Assembly (NCBI GenBank): GCA_965240325.2
Contig: OZ251224.1
Coordinates: forward strand, 1,984,001 to 2,048,000
Length of the DNA stretch: 64,000 bases
DNA from: Rebecca billardiae RCC1528
Taxonomy: Eukaryota; Protista; Haptophyta
Direction: 5' to 3'
Shown here: positions 10,434 to 22,200 of the stretch, one piece after another
Layout of the letters: the number at the start of each line of letters is the position of its first letter
How positions within the stretch are numbered: position 1 is the first letter of the stretch
Notes under the pieces: model-generated
Databases searched by the model: none
What the model was told of the DNA's origin: nothing
Seen by the model: only the letters and a program-made list of their open reading frames with translations
Made by a program: the position numbers and the translations under genes

Positions 10434-11747
10434 TCAGCACAGCGACAGCTGCGTACGTATCGCGCTGAGGAGCTCCTCGATGTACGCGCTGTCGTTCGCA
10501 TCGCCGGCGTGCGCGTCGCTCGGCGAGCAGTCCGACTCGACGTCCGACTCGGCCGCGAGGCCGTCACTCTCGTGCTCAAAGCCGGCCGCTGCCTCGCCGA
10601 TGTTGCACCTCGCCGCGCGCAGCTCGGCGCACGTGCGGCGGCGCTTCGGGCTGGGCTCCTCCTTGGGCGCGCACCGAGGGGCTCCCACCTCGGCCAGCGC
10701 GCCGCGCAGCACGAAGCCCCCGTCGCGGTAGTGCTCCCACCCAATCACGCCCGAGGGGATGTCGATCTCGGCTGGCAGCTGCGCGCCGAGCGCGCGCATC
10801 GTGATCAGCGCCCACGCGGACGCAGCGCTGTGCGATTTGTACCCGCCGCCGCCGAGCAGCAGGGTCGGCATGTCCCAGTCGAGCAGCACGCCGACCGCGT
10901 TCGCAAGCGCCGCGGGCTCGAGCTCGAACGCGCCGCGCGGGTCGCCCGCCAGGCAGTCCGCGCCGCACTGCACGACGACCGCCGTCGACGAGCGGCACTG
11001 CGCCCACGAGCGCAGCAGCTGCGCGACGCGCCTGAAGAGCCGCGCGAACGTGTGCGACCGGAGGCCGGCGCGGAGCGGCACGTTCACCGTCGAGCCGCGC
11101 CCGCGCCCGCGCCCGCAGTCGCGCACGTCGCCCGTCCCCGGGAAGAAGCCGGGTGCGCGGTGGTGGAACGAGCACGTGAGCACCTTCTCCGAATCGGCAA
11201 ACGCGCGCTCGGTGCCGTCGCCATGGTGCACGTCGAGGTCGACGACGATGACCGCGTCGAAACGCTTGAGCAGCCGCAGCGTCGCGAGCACCACGTCGTT
11301 CACGTAGCAGAAGCCCGACGCGCGATCGACCGACGCGTGGTGCCGCCCGCCCTGCCAGAAAATCGAGCGCGTGCACGCGCCGGACGAGAGGAGGTCGGCG
11401 GCGCGCAGGCTGCCGCCCGCGATCATGGACGCGTGGCGCCACACGCCCGGGAACCAGTCGGCGTCGTACGCAAGGCCGTGCGCGTCGAGCACCTCGTCGT
11501 TGACCTCCTCGATGCCGTCCTCATCGTCCACGCGAAGCAGCAGGTCGACGTACTCGGAGGAGTGGAAGCGGCACACATCGTCGCGCGACGCGCGTCGCGC
11601 GCGCTCGACAATGGTCACCTTGTCGAGGAGCCCGAGGGCGTCGACCAGAGAATGCACCATCGCGGCGCGGCCTGCTGTCTCCGGCGTGTCCGATGAGGTC
11701 GAGTCATCGCAGAAGATGTAGCCCACCGAATGTCGCGGGCACGTCAT
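10434..11747 (-). CDS. HDAC8: Class I histone deacetylase, HDAC8-like
   Basis: RAAMVHSLVDALGL (HDAC8-type N-terminus), GGRHHA..SGFCYVND, DLDVHHGDG, GFFPGTG, QCGADCLAGD, LLLGGGGY; catalytic and Zn ligands intact. Confidence 0.88.
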   Translation of the reverse strand: MTCPRHSVGYIFCDDSTSSDTPETAGRAAMVHSLVDALGLLDKVTIVERARRASRDDVCRFHSSEYVDLLLRVDDEDGIEEVNDEVLDAHGLAYDADWFPGVWRHASMIAGGSLRAADLLSSGACTRSIFWQGGRHHASVDRASGFCYVNDVVLATLRLLKRFDAVIVVDLDVHHGDGTERAFADSEKVLTCSFHHRAPGFFPGTGDVRDCGRGRGRGSTVNVPLRAGLRSHTFARLFRRVAQLLRSWAQCRSSTAVVVQCGADCLAGDPRGAFELEPAALANAVGVLLDWDMPTLLLGGGGYKSHSAASAWALITMRALGAQLPAEIDIPSGVIGWEHYRDGGFVLRGALAEVGAPRCAPKEEPSPKRRRTCAELRAARCNIGEAAAGFEHESDGLAAESDVESDCSPSDAHAGDANDSAYIEELLSAIRTQLSLC

Positions 11748-11982
11748 GCCACCTCCGGGCGGTGGGCCGCGCGGTTCGCGAGCCGGCTCGCGGTCGAAGA
11801 CAGCAGAGGCTCCAGGACAGACCAGGACCGGACCGAGCGACCTCGTCTGGTTCGCTGCCGGTCTTCCGCGGTGGAAAAAACAGACAGTGTGGTCATGCGC
11901 ATAACGGCATTCGGCCGGAGGCCGGTGGAGGTCTAGAGGAACTTGCCACGGCGGAGTTCGCAGCCGTGGCGGCGCGCGACGG

Positions 11983-14495
11983 ATGAGCCTGGCACGGGCC
12001 GTCGACGGCCCGCTATCTGACGAGCTTGCTGAGGCTCGGCTGGAAGCTGCGCGATGGCGGGCAAAGTACGCTGAGCTGCGCGCCATCCTCGAGAAGCAGC
12101 GCGCGACGGAGCGCGAGATGCACGCCGTGCAAAAGGAGCGCGCGCACAGCATGAAGCACCTCCTGAGTGACCTTGGCTCTGAGCTCGGCGAGATCAATGG
12201 CGAGCTCGTGAATGTCTACACGCTGACCACCGCACTGGCCACCGTGCTCGACCGCGCTCTCGCGCCGCTCGAGCCACTCGAGCCCACGCCGAGCCGAAAA
12301 GCTGAGCAGCGGGAGGCAACGGCGGGCGAGGTGGTCGCCAATCCGTTTGGCGGTGGGCGCGTGCCACTGGACAAGGCGCGGAAGGGCGAGGTTGGCGGGG
12401 CTGCGCTGCCTTTTCCTGCCTCGCCTGCTGGTGCCGATGCCGAGCCACGCGCTGCAGAGAGTGCTGCGGCCAGCCAGCCGCCCGTCGCCTGCAGTGCGAG
12501 CTTCACCGCCGCGAGCGAGTTCGGCGCCGACTCGCGCGGCGGCGGCGGCGAGAAGGATCCGTTCGCGGCGGGCGCGGACAACCCCCTCGATGCAGCTGCA
12601 GGGAGCTTCGGTGCGGATGCCTTTGGCACCGCCCCGGAGGACGGCGGTGGGTTTGGGGCCGGCTTCAGTGCCAGCTTTGGCGACGGGCAGGTGCCAGGCT
12701 TTGGCGAGTCGGAGGGCGACTTCACGGCGGCGGCTGCGGAGGCTGCCGGTGCTGCGCCCACTGCGTTTGGCGCGGATCCGTTCAACCCCCCGCCGGGCGA
12801 GCAGCCCTTTGCCGACGACGCGTTTGACGGTGCCTTCGCGACGGGCTTCGACGACGAGCCCTCTCCGTTTGACGGGAGCGCGGTGCAAGTCGTCGTGACC
12901 GACCCGGGTGGCCGGGCGAGTGTTGCCGCGGGAGGCAAGGACTCTGAAGCCCAGCCCGCGGCTGACTCCGCCGCCAGCGGCTCGGACGATGCGCAGCGCG
13001 CGGCGGCAGCCTCAGAGGAGGAGCGAGCGCGAGGGCCCCAGGGCTCAACGTCCGCCTCCGCCTCGAGCAGCTCAGCGCCGGTGTCCAAGTCCGCCTCTGC
13101 CGCCGCCTCGATCCAAGCGTCGGTGTCGGCGGTGTTCCCGAGCGGCCCGCTCGCCGAGGTAGGCGGCGGCGGCCTGCTGCTCGGGCTCGACCTGGTGGGC
13201 GTCGAGAGCGTGACGACTGAGCTCAGCCCGTCCGAGGACTGGTTCGCGTGCGACCTGGATCGCACCTTCTCCGCAGCGCCGGGCACGCTGCTCCGCTCGG
13301 CGCTGCTCGCCGCCCTCGAGTCGGACGACCGGCGCGCGTCCGACATGGTGTTCACGCTGTACGCCGCGGACGGCGAGGACGAGCCCCGGACGGTCGCCGC
13401 CGCCCGCGTCAACCTCGAGAGCCTGCTCGAGAGCGGCGTCGACCTGCGCGAGGCGCCGCTCGCGCTCGTGCGCACGAGCCACGGCGGCGGCGGCGGCGGC
13501 GACGACGAGGACGAGGCCGCCGAGGCGGAGGTGGGCACCATCACCGTGACCGTGCTCGCGAATCGCGCGCTGCGCGAGCTCGATGAGGCGCTCGAGCTGC
13601 ACGGCTCGGCGCAGGCTGTGCTCGAGGCGGAGACAGCCGCCGCGCGGAGCGACGGCGACAACGAGCCAGCGTGGCCGCCGCCGGAATCGCACGCAGCTGC
13701 CGAGCACGCCGCAGCCGAGGTGCTCAACGTGGGCGCGCGCGCGCTCGCGCCGCCGCAGGCCCCGCTGGAGCCTCTCAACGAGGAGCCCTCCGACCTGGGC
13801 TCGGCCTCGGATTGGCTCTCGCGCAAAGCCTCCAGCGTGGCCGCGCAGACGCCGCACTCTCCAGGCGTGAGTACGACCACGCAGACACGGGCCGGCGCGG
13901 CGCCGGACCCGCCCCCGCCGGTCGCGGCCGATGCGAGCGGCGGCGTGCAGCCCGCGGGGCCCTCGCCTGAGGTGCGCCGACTGCGGGAGAGCGTCGAGGA
14001 GCGGCAGGTGCGGCCTGGTGAGCTGTCGGTGCCGCCCGTCGGTGACCAGCCCCGGCCGGGCCACGAGCGAATCGAGCTCTTCGCCTCGCCGCCAGTGGTA
14101 CGCGCGCGCGCGCCCTTCCTCGGGCGGCACGGCTCGTCCCGCGCGCGCCTCGGCTTCTCCCACACGAGCGCACGCAACTGATCCAACCCGCGGCTGCGCA
14201 CGCGCGCGCGCTGCTGTTGCAGGGTCGGACAACACCCGTCGTCACGCCTCGCTCGGGGCGCAAGAGCCGGCTGAGTGGCATCGGCTCCTTCCTCGCACGC
14301 ATGACGCCGAGCCGTGGCTCAAGCCGCGCCTCGTCCGCCGCGGGCTCGTCCGCCGCCTCGTCGCCTGCACCGGGGAGTGCGCGCTCAAGTCAGCGCTCCT
14401 CCTTCTCGGCATTCTCGCCGCCACTCGGCATGGGTAGCGGCCAGCGCCGAGGCACCAGGTCGGGTCGTCCAAGCGGACAGCAGACGAGTGCGTAG
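11983..14495 (+). CDS. Coiled-coil + NPF/DPF low-complexity region + RPGRIP1 C-terminal-like C2 domain protein; exons 11983-14007 and 14223-14495
   Basis: N-terminal heptad helix; NPF, DPF (x2), DAF/GFG-rich acidic linker; MVFTLY..VAAARVNLESLLESGVDL..VGTITVTVLANRAL resembles the RPGRIP1/RPGRIP1L C-terminal C2-like domain. Phase-0 GT-AG intron 14008-14222. Confidence 0.65.
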
Positions 14496-15965
14496 CACTT
14501 CGACAGCTGCTCGCGGGTCGGAGACTGTCGTGCTGATCATGATGATCAATCACCGAGCCATCGTGATCGGGCCTCGCCCGCCTGCATGTCCGATGTCGAT
14601 CTCAGTAAGCTGCTATGTAGACGCCCGTAGTTCCGAGACCGACGATAGTCCGTTATATGTTAATTAAATCCGCGTTGACTACAGTTAATAGTTATGGCCC
14701 GCGCGGTGCAGGGCGGAGCGCGCAGCGTGGAGCCCGCCCGCGGGCACTAACCACGTTTCAAAAAGATTTTTGATCAAAGAAAAAAGGGACGGGGCCGGGG
14801 CGATTTTCAGGGAGGTGGAGACCGAGTTTCCGGATTTTTTGAGACCGCGCATAGATCGAATTGGAGACGTTCATTCGGCGAGAAAAGAGCGCGCCCACGA
14901 TATTCCCTAAGTAAAGTGCGATCTGGACGTGAGCCGGACGTGACTTTAACGTATAACGTTCGTTACGAGCGAATCGTATGATTCGTCGTCCCGGATCGCG
15001 TGACGTCCGAACTGGGCCACATCCTGGCTGGTACGCACCCAGCCGCCTTGGCGTCCGGACTCCTGGCCTCCTCCGCCGCCAAGGCGGCCACATCCGGGTC
15101 GGAGGTGACGTGCCCCGCACGATGGCGGATGGGGTGTCAACCCCTGGCCGCGAGCGCGCCTGCACGTGCCTCCGGACCCGCCTCCCGCTTGCTGCTCACG
15201 CAGTCAGCTGCGAGCGTGGCGCATGATCGCAGAAGCAGTGCCGGCAGTACGGCCTGCATCAGCTAGTGCCGCGCCGTCGTGGCGCGCGCGGTAGTTGCGT
15301 TTGCAGCGCTGACGCTCGCGCTGTCCGGGCGACGGCACGCGCGTGCGGCTCAGGTGTGTCAAATGCGGTCTGGTCGGCGCGCTTTCGCCTGCCACCTCGT
15401 GCACCCGTGCCGCCAGCTTCATCGTCTTCATGAGGACTGCTGCTGCTGTCGCCACCCGCTCTCCATCACCGCGAGTCGCGCGGTCGTTGGCTGGCACGGG
15501 CCGCAGCGCTAAAGTTTAAAAATTTAAATAGGCTAAAGCATCACCCTGCTGTCACACCCGACTCCTTCAGTTAGCCTACTTCAGTACTCCGAGAATCCGC
15601 GGCACGACTCATCACTCGGCACGATCGCGCGGACGGGAGTCGGATCCGAGCTGATCAGTCAAGCTGCAAACACACCGACACGCCCGTGAGGCGCCGGTCG
15701 GACTCGTACAGTCAGAACCGTACTAGTCAGTGACTGGCGAACTGCCACGGCGGAGAGCCGTGATTGCATGCGGCCACCGCGGGCCCCCAACTGCGTTGAT
15801 TCTATGCAGAAAAGGACCGCAGAACGCGGTCATATATATAATATATGGCCCGCGGTGCCGGTATAACTATTAACTGACAGTAGCGGCCGGCCTGTGAGTG
15901 CCAGCACCGTCGCCTTATGGCTCCTGGCGGCGACGCTGTGATGATGACGGGTATCTTCGCCACCG

Positions 15966-17042
15966 TCACCGCACGGCATCGTCTGATGGGGCTGTGAGCT
16001 GCCAGTACGTCCAAGGGCGGACTGACGGGTGCGGGCGATCGATCAGCCCCAGCTCGTCGAGCGAGCCGTCCGCGCTCACGCTTTGCGGGGAGTAGAGTTC
16101 CGCGTCAGGGAGTGCCGCCGGCGGCGAAAAGCCGTCGAGGTCCTCGAATGCCTCCGAGAAGACGCGCGCCAGCGAGACGCGGCTGCCGCACGTGGCGGCG
16201 TGCCCGGCGCCGTGCACGCGCGTCACCCTCGCGTGCGGCAGCAGCCGGGCAAGCCGCTCCGCCTCGTCGACCGATGGGAGCGTGCGGTCATCCTCGCCGG
16301 CGACGATGCACGTGCGCGTGGGGAGGCGCGCGAGCTGCTCCGCCATCGCGTTCACCTCCGCGGAGCCCGTCGCCAGCCACTCGTGCAGCCTCCACGAGAG
16401 CGTCGCCCTCGGCATGAAGCTGAGCCTCCGCGGCAGCGAGAACGCAACCCGCCCCATGTACGCCTCGCGCTCGGGGCTGTCGATCACGGCGGGCAGCTTG
16501 GCGCCGCCGATGATCTTGAGGAGCTGCGGCAGCTGGTACGCGTCGGCGAAGAGGGGTAGCAGGGAGAGCACGCCGAAGGGGTACGCGGGCTCGGGCAGCC
16601 TCGAGACGCCCGGCGCGCGCCGCGCGAGCTCCGAGCGCGGATACGACGTCGCCGGGTTGACCAACGCGAGCCCGTCGAGCGGCCGCCCGTCCTCTGCGAG
16701 CGAGAGCGCCACGCGGAGGGCGAGTACTGCGCCGAACGACTCGCCCATGAGTACCAGGGGCCGGCTCGGCGGCTCGCGCTCGAGCCGCGCGCGAACGGCC
16801 GAGCACAGCTCTGCGAAGCTGCTGCGGTCGGCCATGCTGATCTCGAGGCCCTCGATGTCAAATGAGTCGCCGAGGCTCGGCCACTGCAGGAAGGGCGCGA
16901 CCAGCGAGCCGTCGAAGCCGGGCAGGTAGGTCAGCAGGGGTAGCTCTGATGGTCGCGGCCGCTGCGGCGGCACCAGGCCGTCCGCGTACAGGGGTGCCTT
17001 CCATGTGCTCAAGCCACCCACGGCGAGGACGAGAGACGCCAT
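15966..17042 (-). CDS. Alpha/beta hydrolase resembling the hydrolase domain of phytyl ester synthase (PES/ELT family); alternative start 17069
   Basis: PLLTYLPGFDG, LMGESFGAVLAL, LVNPATS, AGEDDRTLPSVDEAERL, GAGH (Ser-Asp-His triad). Confidence 0.8.
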   Translation of the reverse strand: MASLVLAVGGLSTWKAPLYADGLVPPQRPRPSELPLLTYLPGFDGSLVAPFLQWPSLGDSFDIEGLEISMADRSSFAELCSAVRARLEREPPSRPLVLMGESFGAVLALRVALSLAEDGRPLDGLALVNPATSYPRSELARRAPGVSRLPEPAYPFGVLSLLPLFADAYQLPQLLKIIGGAKLPAVIDSPEREAYMGRVAFSLPRRLSFMPRATLSWRLHEWLATGSAEVNAMAEQLARLPTRTCIVAGEDDRTLPSVDEAERLARLLPHARVTRVHGAGHAATCGSRVSLARVFSEAFEDLDGFSPPAALPDAELYSPQSVSADGSLDELGLIDRPHPSVRPWTYWQLTAPSDDAVR

Positions 17043-17158
17043 CGTGGATTTCGACTGCGGCTCTTGCATCCCTCGAATTTGCCGTGGCCGCTTGCCTTGC
17101 GCTGACGAGTTCAAGGTTGCACGACGCCGACATCGAGCCGAGCGGGAGGTCCGGCGCC

Positions 17159-19170
17159 ATGCGCTCCAGCCTGGAGCACCCGAGCAAGGCGAGCACGCCA
17201 ATGGCGTGCGCGTCCGTGCGCGGCGCACCCGTCGCTGCGTTCGGCACGGGCAAGAACGTCGTCATCGCGTGCGGGCAGGAGCTCAGCGTGAATCAGGTTC
17301 TGGGGCCGCTGCCTGAAGCGGTGGAGGCGGTCGCGCTGTCGGCCACGACGCTCGCGCTCGCCGTGGCGTACGGCGGCTCGGTGGTGGAGGTGTACACGCT
17401 CGACACGCGCTCCGAGGAGACGACGACCACGCGGCTGAGCTGGTCGCGCTCGTGCGCGCTCGACGCGCGCGCGTCTGCGACGGCTGATCTCACGGTCCGC
17501 GCGCTCGCGTGGCTTCCGGGGAGCGGCGGCAGTGCGCCCGCGTTGCTCACGGTGGGGACGTCGCTCGTGCTGTGGCAGCGCAGTGCGGACGTGGACGACG
17601 CCCGCGACGGCGCCGCGCCCTCCGCCTTCGTCGCCGCCAAGACGGTCGCGCTCCCGGCGGAGGCGACGCGCATCGAATGCTCGCCGGATGGCCGGCTCGC
17701 TGTCACGTGCGGCTCGGAGGACAAGCTGCCGCGCTGCTGGCACGACTCGACGGCGGAGTGGCAGGGCGCCACCGAGGCGCGCATCTGGGCCAGGCCCGAC
17801 TTCGTCTACATGCCGCACTTTGCGCCCGTGACCGCATTTGCGTTCCGCGAGCTGCCTTGTGCCACTGGCGGCGGCGGCGGCGGCGGCGGCGGCGGGTCGG
17901 ATGAGTCTCACAGGCGGGTGACCGCGGCGCGGCTGCTCGCCGAGGCGGCGCCGGGCGGCGCGGCGCTCTCGATCGGCGGCGGCGCCGCGCTGCCCTGGGC
18001 GCTCATCGGCATGGGCTCGCGCCCGCCGCGCAACGTCCTGCTCACCGTCGCGCGCGACCACGTCTTGCGACTCTGGTCGGAGACGCAGCTGGGCGAGCGC
18101 TTCGAGCTGTGCGTGTGCCTCGTGCTCGACGCGCCCGTGGGCGGGCCGGGTGGCGCGGGCGAGGGCGCGGGCGGGGCGGGCGGCGCGGCGTGGGCCTGGC
18201 TGCACGGCGCCGCGCACGCGCCCGCGCCCGACGAGCACCAGCTGCTCCTGCCGGCGGGCGGCGCCGCCGACGCGGCCGGCGCCAATGGCAGCTCGGCGGG
18301 CGGCGGCGGCCGCGGCGGCCGCGGCGGGCAGACGATGGTCGTGCGGCTCGAGGCGGGCGGGCGGGTGAGCGCGTACCGCGTGGAGGGCCTGGACGCGACG
18401 CTGCGCCGCACGCCCACGTGCGAGCTCGCGTGGGAGGCGCGCCCCGCCGCGGCGGCGGAGTCGGCGGCCGGCGGCGCGCACCCATCGCCCAGCTGGCCGG
18501 CGCCGTCCGCCGACGCGTCGACGCCCGTGCAGGCGGCCGCGCTCGTCTCGAGCGTGGGCGAGCGGGGCGAGGTGGAGGTGGCCGTGCTCGCGCGCTCGCG
18601 CACGGGCGTGCTCACCTGCGACACGGTCGAGCTGCCGCGCGCCACCGCCGCCTCCGCCGCGCGCGCGCAGCCGCGCTCCAGCCTCGGGTCCATGCGGCGC
18701 GCGCGGCTTGGCGCGCACGACGCTTCCGCTCGCGTGCTCGCCCTGCGGCCGCACCCGACGCTGCCGCTGCTGCTCTCGCACGGCACGGACGGGCTGGCGC
18801 TCGTGTGGCAGTGCGCGTGCGGCGGCGCGAAGCCCGGCTCCGCGCCGCAGCCGCCCTCCGCAAACACGTGTGCAGTGAGCCCGCTGCAGCCGGTCGCTTT
18901 GCTGCCGCGCCCCGTCGACGCGATGGCGTGGGCGTCCGCGGCGCCGCACTCGGTCGCGCTGCACTGCGCGGCGGGCGACGTGCTCTCTGCGTGGGCGTCG
19001 CACGTGCACCCGCTCGACTTCAGCGTGGTCGCCACGCTGCGCCTCCCGCCCGCGCCCGCCTCCGCATCGGGCGGCGGCGGCGCGGCCGGCGCGCCGCCGC
19101 CGCGCTCGTGGCGGCGGCTTGCAGAGCTGGCCCGAGCAGACCAGGTGCCTTCAGCCACGGCGGCGGCGGG

Positions 19171-19201
<31 letters not shown>

Positions 19202-22200
19202 TCGGGCGCGCCGCCGCGCGTGGCCGTCGGGCTGTGCGCCGAGCGCACGCTCGTCGCGTGGGCAGTCTGCGCACGCTCCGAGCCGGCGCGAGCCGCGGAC
19301 GACACGACCGGCGGCGGCGGCGCCGCCGCCGCCGCCGCCGCCGCGCCGCTCGCAGAGTTGCGAGTGCTGCTCGAGTGCCCTCTGGGCGAGGGCCCGTGGA
19401 TGGTGGACTGCGCGCCCGCGCGCGCGGGCGCGCCCGAGCCGCCGCGCTCGCGCGCCGAGGCGGGCGCGCCGCGCGCCGCGCCACGCCCGCGGTACGAGCT
19501 GCTGATCAGCCTTGACTCTGAGGGCGCCATCGGGCTGTGGTCGCTGCTCGCGCGAGCGGACGGCGGCACGTGGGGCGTGTGCGCGCTCGCGACGCGCTCG
19601 GCGGCGCCCGCGGTGACGCGCGCGCTGGGCGGCGCGCGCGCGCTCGCGCTGAGCGACGCGCCCGGCGTGCGCATCGCGCTGTGCGGCGACGCCGCCGCCC
19701 TCGAGCTCCTCGAGCTGCACTCCGCCGTCGCGCGGCCGTCGCGCGAAGCGCTTCTGCGGCTGAGCGAGCGACCGCCGCCGCTCGCCGCGCGCCCGTCCGC
19801 GGCCGTGCTGCCGACGGTGCTCGCGTCGCACTCGCCCGCGCGCGGGCGCGGCGGCTCGAGCGCGTCGGGCTCGGGCGGCGGCGCCGCGCGCGCCTCCGCC
19901 TCCGCGGCCGGCGCCGAGGCCGCGGGCCCGGCGTGCGCCGCTTGGTTTGTCGCCTGGGGAGGGCAGCGCGTGCTCGCCGCCGCGTCCGGGCGCGTCGTGC
20001 GCGTGTGCGTGCAGCCGCCCACGCACGCGTACGTGCGGTGCGGCGCGCCGTGGGCGGCGGTGTGCCGGATCGACGTGCGCGACCCCGTCTCCGCCGTCGC
20101 CTGGCTCGCCGACGGCTCCCTCGTCGTGTGCGCCGCGGGCGGGCTGCGCGTGTGCGCGGGCGTCGCGCCGCGCGCCCTGTGCGCATACGACGCGTCCGCA
20201 CGGCGCGGCGGGCTGCTCGTTCCCTCGCCCGCACACACGACGCCGCCGCCGCACCACCCGCGCGTGCTCATCGAGGACATGCTCGGCGGGCGGCTCTGGC
20301 GCGTCGAGCGCGTCGTCGCGCACCTCAAGGAGGCGCTCGAGCGCGCGCACCAGCTCGAGGACGCGGCGGACGCCGCGGCCGCGGCCGAGCGCGCCGCCGC
20401 CGCCGCCTCGGCCGCGGACCAGAGCGACTCGGCTCCGGCGGCGCGGCGCCGCGCCGAGCCGGCCGAGGCGGTGCTGGACGAGCTGCCGCTGGGGGAGCTG
20501 CTGCTCGAGGGCGGCAGCGGCGGCGCGGACGAGCCGGGCGCGGCCTCCGCCGCCGCCGCCTCGGCCGAGGCGGAGGCCGCGGCGGAGCAGGCTGCCTCGG
20601 ACCGAGCCGAGCGGGAGCGGGAGGCGGCGGCCGCCGCCGCCGCGCAGGCCGCCGCGGTCTCCGACCTGTTCGCGCCGGACCCGATCGCCGCGTCGTCGGT
20701 GATCACGCTGCCGAGCGCGGCGGAGCCGCCCGCCGAGCCGCGCGCCGGCGTCGCCGAGGCCACCTCCGAGGACGCCGACGACACCGCGCTCCACGCCGCG
20801 CTCGAGCGGGTGCCGCTGGCGGGGCTCGGCCGGCCGGCGCAGCGGCAGCTGCTCGGGACCGTCCAGACGTATAGCGCGCTCTCGCGGCACCAGGTGCGGC
20901 CGCAGCGGGCGGGCGCGGCCCGTCCGTCCGCGCGTGCTCTTGCGCGCCGTGTGCGCCGCCCGCCCGCGCCCGCCCGCCCGCGCGCGCGCAACTGTGCGTT
21001 CGCGCGCCGACGCCCGCCGCCGCCTCCGCGCCTCCCGCGCCGGCGCTGCGCAGGCGCTCGATGCTCCCGGCTTGCGCTTCCTCGCGCGCGTGCGGCTCGC
21101 GACCGACGCGCGGCACCGGCGCGGCGCGGCGGCGGCGGCCGCCGCGTCGCACGGCGAGCTGCTCGTGCACATGTCCGACGTGGTGTGGGCGGTGCACTCG
21201 GAATGCCACGAGGTGTGCCGCCGCGCGCGCGCCGAGCGTCGAGCGTCGCCGCCGACGCACGCACGCGCCGCGCCGCGCCGCGCGCAGCTGCAGCAGCTGC
21301 GGCTCTCTGGCTGTTCTGTTCGCGCTGCGCGTGCGCCCGGCGGTTGTGGCCACGCTGACGGGGCGCGTGCGCGCGTGCGCGGCGCGCGTGCCACGCGCGC
21401 GCGCAGGCGCTGCTCGACCTCTGCCTCCCCGCTGGCGCAGGCGGCGGCGGCAGCGGTGGCGTGCAGCACACGTGGGCCGCCCTCACCAGCGTGGGCGCGG
21501 GGTACTGGCTGTGCCGCTCTGGCGCGCTGCGCGCCGCGGTCGAGCGCGTCGCCAAGGCGCAGTTCTCGGCGCGCAAGGAGCCGGACGACGCGGCGCTCTT
21601 CTATCTGGCGCTCGGGCGGAAGGGCACGCTACTGACGCTGTACAAGGCGGCGAAGAACGCGAAGCTCGTCGCCTTCCTCTCCAACGACTTTGAGACGGAC
21701 CGCTGGCGCACGGCCGCGCTCAAGAACGCCTACGCGCTCGTCTCGAAGCGCAACTGGCCGCTGGCCGTGGCGTTCTTCCTGCTCGGGGGCAAGTGGCGCG
21801 ACGCGTCGGCGGTGGCGGCAAGACACATGGCTGACGTCCAGCTGGCGCTCGTGCTCGCCGCGCTCGCGCCGGAAGAGCCGCTCGCCGAGGTGCGCCACGT
21901 CTTGAGCGAGCACGCGCTCGGCGGCCGCTCGGACGTGCTCGGCCGAGCGCCGGGCGGTGGCGGCGGCGGCGGCGGAAGCGGCGGCGCGGCCGAGAGTGCT
22001 CGGGTGTGGCTGGCGTGCGTGGCACACCTGCTGCTGTCCGCGCCCGCCGCGGCGCATGCTGAGCTTGTGCGCTCGTGCGCGCACCCGCCGCGCGCGCTGC
22101 TCGAGTGCGCGGCCACGCCGCAGCCGCCCGCTTCTGCCGAGAGCCTGTTCTCGCCGTCGGTGGCGGAGTACCTGGCGTGGCTGCAGGGGCAGAAGCTGCT

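Noticed and set aside
16862-17228. Apparent overlap of the PES-hydrolase and DMXL ORFs, and similar overlaps at 6645-6843, 11983-12197, 27747-27780 and 44872-44992
   Set aside because: ORF caller extended to upstream alternative starts; the plausible ATGs give non-overlapping divergent genes.
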